From the NCBI RefSeq assembly GCF_040549745.1, contig NZ_CP159641.1: DNA of 24,000 nt; one strand, written 5' to 3'. The DNA comes from Escherichia coli (GTDB taxonomy: Bacteria; Pseudomonadota; Gammaproteobacteria; Enterobacterales; Enterobacteriaceae). How positions within the stretch are numbered: the stretch's first letter is position 1; every line of letters starts with the position of its first letter. This document shows positions 20,037-24,000 of the stretch, piece by piece. Position numbers and translations under genes: made by a program. The notes beneath the pieces were generated by a model. It was not told the origin of the DNA. It ran no database searches and worked only from the letters and a program-made list of their open reading frames with translations.

Positions 20037-20197
20037 AAAAATATATACAACCAATTAATACATAAAATATATAAGTTATGAATGCGGTGGCTGAATAAAG
20101 CTATTTTTATTCATCAAGAAAATAGCCATACTGACGCCTTCAATGGATATTGATATTCACTACAGATATTGTTCGCAGCAGACAGGATGTATTTAAT

Positions 20198-20473
20198 ATG
20201 CCAACAGTTCTCTCTCGCATGGCGATGCAACTCAAAAAAACAGCCTGGATAATTCCCGTCTTCATGGTTTCGGGATGCTCATTATCTCCGGCAATCCCGG
20301 TGATCGGCGCTTATTATCCCAGCTGGTTTTTCTGCGCCATTGCCAGCCTTATTTTGACGCTCATCACGAGGCGAGTTATTCAGCGGGCAAATATCAATCT
20401 GGCATTTGTCGGAATTATTTATACCGCCCTTTTTGCTCTCTACGCCATGCTGTTCTGGCTGGCATTTTTCTAA
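20198..20473 (+). CDS. ytcA: Small inner-membrane lipoprotein of unknown function, first gene of the mdtNOP cluster
   Basis: MPTVLSRMAMQLKKTAWIIPVFMVSGC/SLSP...; 91 aa from ATG 20198 with AGGA Shine-Dalgarno and lipobox MVSGC. Two hydrophobic helices follow. Confidence 0.8.
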   Translation: MPTVLSRMAMQLKKTAWIIPVFMVSGCSLSPAIPVIGAYYPSWFFCAIASLILTLITRRVIQRANINLAFVGIIYTALFALYAMLFWLAFF

Positions 20474-20491
20474 TCTATTTGAGACGCGCTC

Positions 20492-21523
20492 ATGGAAAGT
20501 ACGCCGAAAAAAGCTCCTCGCAGTAAATTCCCTGCTCTGTTAGTGGTTGCGTTGGCGCTGGTTGCCCTTGTTTTCGTTATCTGGCGCGTAGACAGTGCGC
20601 CATCAACTAATGACGCTTACGCGTCAGCAGATACCATTGATGTGGTACCGGAAGTCAGCGGCCGCATTGTAGAACTGGCGGTCACCGACAACCAGGCAGT
20701 CAAACAGGGCGATTTGCTGTTCCGCATCGACCCGCGCCCATACGAAGCCAATCTGGCGAAAGCTGAAGCCTCCCTCGCGGCGCTGGATAAGCAAATTATG
20801 CTCACCCAGCGTAGCGTTGACGCGCAACAGTTTGGTGCCGACTCGGTTAATGCCACGGTAGAAAAAGCCCGTGCCGCCGCGAAACAGGCCACAGATACAT
20901 TACGCCGCACCGAGCCATTACTGAAAGAAGGTTTTGTCTCAGCGGAAGATGTTGACCGTGCAAGAACGGCGCAGCGCGCCGCAGAAGCGGATCTTAATGC
21001 CGTATTGTTACAGGCGCAGTCAGCCGCCAGCGCCGTCAGCGGCGTGGATGCATTAGTTGCCCAGCGTGCGGCGGTCGAAGCGGATATTGCCCTGACCAAA
21101 CTGCATCTGGAAATGGCGACCGTTCGCGCGCCGTTTGATGGCCGGGTCATTTCCCTCAAAACCTCCGTCGGGAAATTTGCTTCTGCCATGCGCCCTATTT
21201 TTACCCTAATCGACACTCGTCACTGGTATGTGATCGCCAACTTCCGCGAAACCGATCTGAAAAATATTCGCTCAGGTACACCCGCAACGATTCGCCTGAT
21301 GAGTGACAGCGGCAAAACCTTCGAGGGTAAAGTGGATTCGATTGGCTACGGCGTGCTACCGGATGACGGCGGCCTGGTGCTGGGCGGCCTGCCGAAAGTG
21401 TCTCGTTCTATTAACTGGGTCCGCGTTGCCCAGCGTTTTCCGGTCAAAATCATGGTCGATAAACCTGACCCGGAAATGTTCCGCATCGGCGCTTCGGCAG
21501 TCGCTAATCTTGAGCCGCAATAA
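20492..21523 (+). CDS. mdtN: HlyD-family membrane fusion (periplasmic adaptor) protein
   Basis: 343 aa with an N-terminal TM anchor (FPALLVVALALVALVFVIW), a coiled-coil hairpin region and barrel-sandwich motifs (VKQGDLLFRIDPRPY). It is recognised as MdtN/YjcR. Confidence 0.92.
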   Translation: MESTPKKAPRSKFPALLVVALALVALVFVIWRVDSAPSTNDAYASADTIDVVPEVSGRIVELAVTDNQAVKQGDLLFRIDPRPYEANLAKAEASLAALDKQIMLTQRSVDAQQFGADSVNATVEKARAAAKQATDTLRRTEPLLKEGFVSAEDVDRARTAQRAAEADLNAVLLQAQSAASAVSGVDALVAQRAAVEADIALTKLHLEMATVRAPFDGRVISLKTSVGKFASAMRPIFTLIDTRHWYVIANFRETDLKNIRSGTPATIRLMSDSGKTFEGKVDSIGYGVLPDDGGLVLGGLPKVSRSINWVRVAQRFPVKIMVDKPDPEMFRIGASAVANLEPQ

Positions 21524-23574
21524 TGAGCGCGCTCAACTCCCTGCCATTACCGGTGGTCAGGCTGCTGGCGTTCTTTCATGAAGAGTTAAGCGAGCGGCGA
21601 CCAGGTCGCGTGCCGCAGACCGTGCAACTCTGGGTAGGCTGCCTGCTGGTGATTCTGATCTCGATGACCTTTGAGATCCCTTTTGTGGCGTTATCGCTGG
21701 CAGTGCTGTTTTACGGTATTCAGTCGAACGCGTTTTACACCAAATTTGTCGCGATCTTGTTTGTGGTTGCCACGGTGCTGGAGATCGGCAGCCTGTTTTT
21801 GATCTACAAATGGTCATACGGCGAACCGTTGATCCGATTGATCATCGCCGGACCGATCCTGATGGGCTGCATGTTTTTGATGCGCACCCATCGCTTGGGG
21901 CTGGTCTTTTTCGCCGTCGCCATTGTCGCTATTTACGGGCAAACCTTCCCCGCCATGCTCGACTATCCGGAAGTGGTCGTGCGCTTAACGCTGTGGTGTA
22001 TCGTTGTTGGCCTCTATCCAACCTTGCTGATGACGTTAATCGGCGTGCTGTGGTTTCCCAGTCGTGCCATTTCGCAAATGCATCAGGCGCTTAATGATCG
22101 GCTTGATGATGCCATTAGTCACCTGACAGACAGCCTCGCACCGCTACCCGAAACGCGGATTGAAAGAGAGGCGCTGGCGCTACAAAAACTCAATGTCTTT
22201 TGCCTCGCGGACGATGCCAACTGGCGAACTCAAAACGCATGGTGGCAAAGCTGCGTGGCAACGGTAACCTACATTTACTCGACGCTGAATCGCTACGATC
22301 CCACCTCTTTTGCTGATTCTCAGGCAATTATTGAATTCCGACAAAAATTAGCCTCAGAAATCAACAAGCTGCAGCATTCCATTGCCGAAGGTCAGTGCTG
22401 GCAAAGCGACTGGCGGATCAGTGAAAGTGAAGCGATGGCGGCACGGGAATGTAACCTGGAGAATATCTGCCAGACGTTGTTACAACTGGGTCAGATGGAC
22501 CCGAATACGCCGCCAACGCCCGCCGCCAAACCACCATCAATGGCCGCCGATGCTTTTACCAATCCAGACTATATGCGCTACGCGGTAAAAACGCTGCTCG
22601 CCTGTTTGATCTGTTACACCTTCTACAGCGGCGTCGACTGGGAAGGCATTCACACCTGTATGCTGACCTGCGTGATCGTCGCTAACCCAAATGTCGGTTC
22701 GTCGTACCAGAAGATGGTGCTGCGTTTTGGCGGGGCTTTTTGCGGCGCGATTCTGGCGCTGTTATTCACGCTACTGGTCATGCCCTGGCTGGACAATATT
22801 GTCGAATTGCTGTTTGTGCTGGCACCTATTTTCCTGTTGGGCGCATGGATTGCCACCAGCTCTGAACGTTCTTCTTATATCGGCACACAGATGGTGGTCA
22901 CCTTCGCGCTCGCCACGCTCGAAAACGTTTTTGGCCCGGTGTACGACCTGGTGGAAATTCGCGATCGCGCCCTGGGTATCATCATTGGTACCGTGGTGTC
23001 CGCGGTGATTTACACCTTTGTCTGGCCTGAGAGTGAAGCGCGCACGCTGCCGCAAAAACTGGCTGGCGCGCTGGGTATGTTAAGTAAAGTAATGCGGATC
23101 CCACGCCAGCAGGAAGTCACGGCTCTGCGCACTTATCTGCAAATTCGTATAGGTCTGCATGCGGCGTTTAATGCCTGTGAAGAGATGTGCCAACGCGTGG
23201 CGCTGGAGCGTCAACTGGACAGCGAAGAACGCGCATTACTGATTGAACGTTCGCAAACGGTTATTCGTCAGGGCCGCGATCTTCTTCACGCCTGGGATGC
23301 CACCTGGAACTCGGCGCAGGCGCTGGATAACGCACTACAGCCGGACAGAGCAGGTCAGTTTGCCGACGCCCTGGAGAAATACGCTGCCGGTCTGGCAACC
23401 GCACTCAGCCGTTCTCCTCAAATAACGCTTGAAGAGACACCCGCCTCTCAGGCCATCCTGCCCACCTTATTAAAACAGGAGCAACACGTCTGCCAGCTTT
23501 TCGCCCGCTTGCCAGACTGGACAGCCCCGGCATTAACGCCCGCCACGGAACAGGCACAAGGAGCCACGCAATGA
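21523..23574 (+). CDS. mdtO: FUSC/AaeB-family inner-membrane efflux protein
   Basis: 683 aa whose ATG overlaps the mdtN TAA region (TAATG). It has two hydrophobic multi-TM blocks separated by a soluble linker and is recognised as MdtO/YjcQ. Confidence 0.92.
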   Translation: MSALNSLPLPVVRLLAFFHEELSERRPGRVPQTVQLWVGCLLVILISMTFEIPFVALSLAVLFYGIQSNAFYTKFVAILFVVATVLEIGSLFLIYKWSYGEPLIRLIIAGPILMGCMFLMRTHRLGLVFFAVAIVAIYGQTFPAMLDYPEVVVRLTLWCIVVGLYPTLLMTLIGVLWFPSRAISQMHQALNDRLDDAISHLTDSLAPLPETRIEREALALQKLNVFCLADDANWRTQNAWWQSCVATVTYIYSTLNRYDPTSFADSQAIIEFRQKLASEINKLQHSIAEGQCWQSDWRISESEAMAARECNLENICQTLLQLGQMDPNTPPTPAAKPPSMAADAFTNPDYMRYAVKTLLACLICYTFYSGVDWEGIHTCMLTCVIVANPNVGSSYQKMVLRFGGAFCGAILALLFTLLVMPWLDNIVELLFVLAPIFLLGAWIATSSERSSYIGTQMVVTFALATLENVFGPVYDLVEIRDRALGIIIGTVVSAVIYTFVWPESEARTLPQKLAGALGMLSKVMRIPRQQEVTALRTYLQIRIGLHAAFNACEEMCQRVALERQLDSEERALLIERSQTVIRQGRDLLHAWDATWNSAQALDNALQPDRAGQFADALEKYAAGLATALSRSPQITLEETPASQAILPTLLKQEQHVCQLFARLPDWTAPALTPATEQAQGATQ

Positions 23575-24000
23575 TCAATCGTCAACTTTCACGTCTGCTG
23601 TTGTGCAGCATTCTCGGCAGCACGACGCTGATTTCCGGCTGTGCCCTGGTACGTAAGGATTCTGCACCTCATCAACAGCTCAAACCGGAACAAATCAAAC
23701 TGGCCGACGATATTCATCTTGCCAGCTCCGGCTGGCCGCAGGCGCAGTGGTGGAAACAACTCAATGACCCGCAGCTGGATGCGCTGATCCAACGGACGCT
23801 AAGTGGTTCACACACCCTCGCCGAAGCGAAACTGCGGGAAGAAAAAGCGCAGTCCCAGGCCGATTTGTTAGATGCCGGTTCACAGTTGCAGGTCGCAGCG
23901 TTAGGGATGCTCAACCGCCAACGCGTCTCGGCGAACGGCTTTTTAAGCCCTTATGCGATGGATGCGCCAGCACTGGGGATGGACGGGCCGTACTATACGG
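23571..24000 (+). CDS. mdtP: Outer-membrane factor lipoprotein (NodT/OprM family), 3' end outside window
   Basis: The ATGA overlaps the mdtO stop and AGGAG Shine-Dalgarno lies upstream. MINRQLSRLLLCSILGSTTLISGC/ALVRKD... carries lipobox LISGC. The frame stays open to the window end; it is absent from the ORF track because no stop is reached. Confidence 0.9.
   Translation, partial: MINRQLSRLLLCSILGSTTLISGCALVRKDSAPHQQLKPEQIKLADDIHLASSGWPQAQWWKQLNDPQLDALIQRTLSGSHTLAEAKLREEKAQSQADLLDAGSQLQVAALGMLNRQRVSANGFLSPYAMDAPALGMDGPYYT

Overview
This window is a well-known Escherichia coli chromosomal segment, recognised from the translated ORFs, and it is collinear with the K-12 map read in reverse orientation. 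Left to right it contains: (1) the 3' end of phnD and then phnEFGHIJKLMNOP, the phosphonate uptake and C-P lyase operon, tightly packed with overlapping stop/start codons and two intra-operon REP/BIME elements; (2) a GC-rich palindromic repeat and the small secreted-protein gene yjdP on the minus strand; (3) rpiB on the minus strand, divergent from alsR(rpiR)-alsB-alsA-alsC-alsE-alsK, the D-allose regulon, across a very AT-rich control region; (4) yjcS, a periplasmic metallo-beta-lactamase-fold alkylsulfatase; (5) ytcA-mdtN-mdtO and the 5' end of mdtP, a putative tripartite efflux system. Three departures from the textbook locus stand out. A complete 768-bp IS1 cleanly splits alsA and is flanked by an 8-bp direct repeat. 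The phnD frame does not stop where PhnD normally ends and instead reads through a BIME into phnE; a TAA sits one base out of frame. phnE is intact, i.e. not the frameshifted K-12 allele. I see no rRNA, tRNA, CRISPR array, prophage or defence-like gene cluster. I find no sequence evidence for a previously undescribed system. The least understood pieces are yjdP, ytcA, yjcS, mdtNOP and the palindromes in the rpiB/alsR control region. All gene identifications rest on my recognition of the protein sequences and motifs, because no database search was possible.
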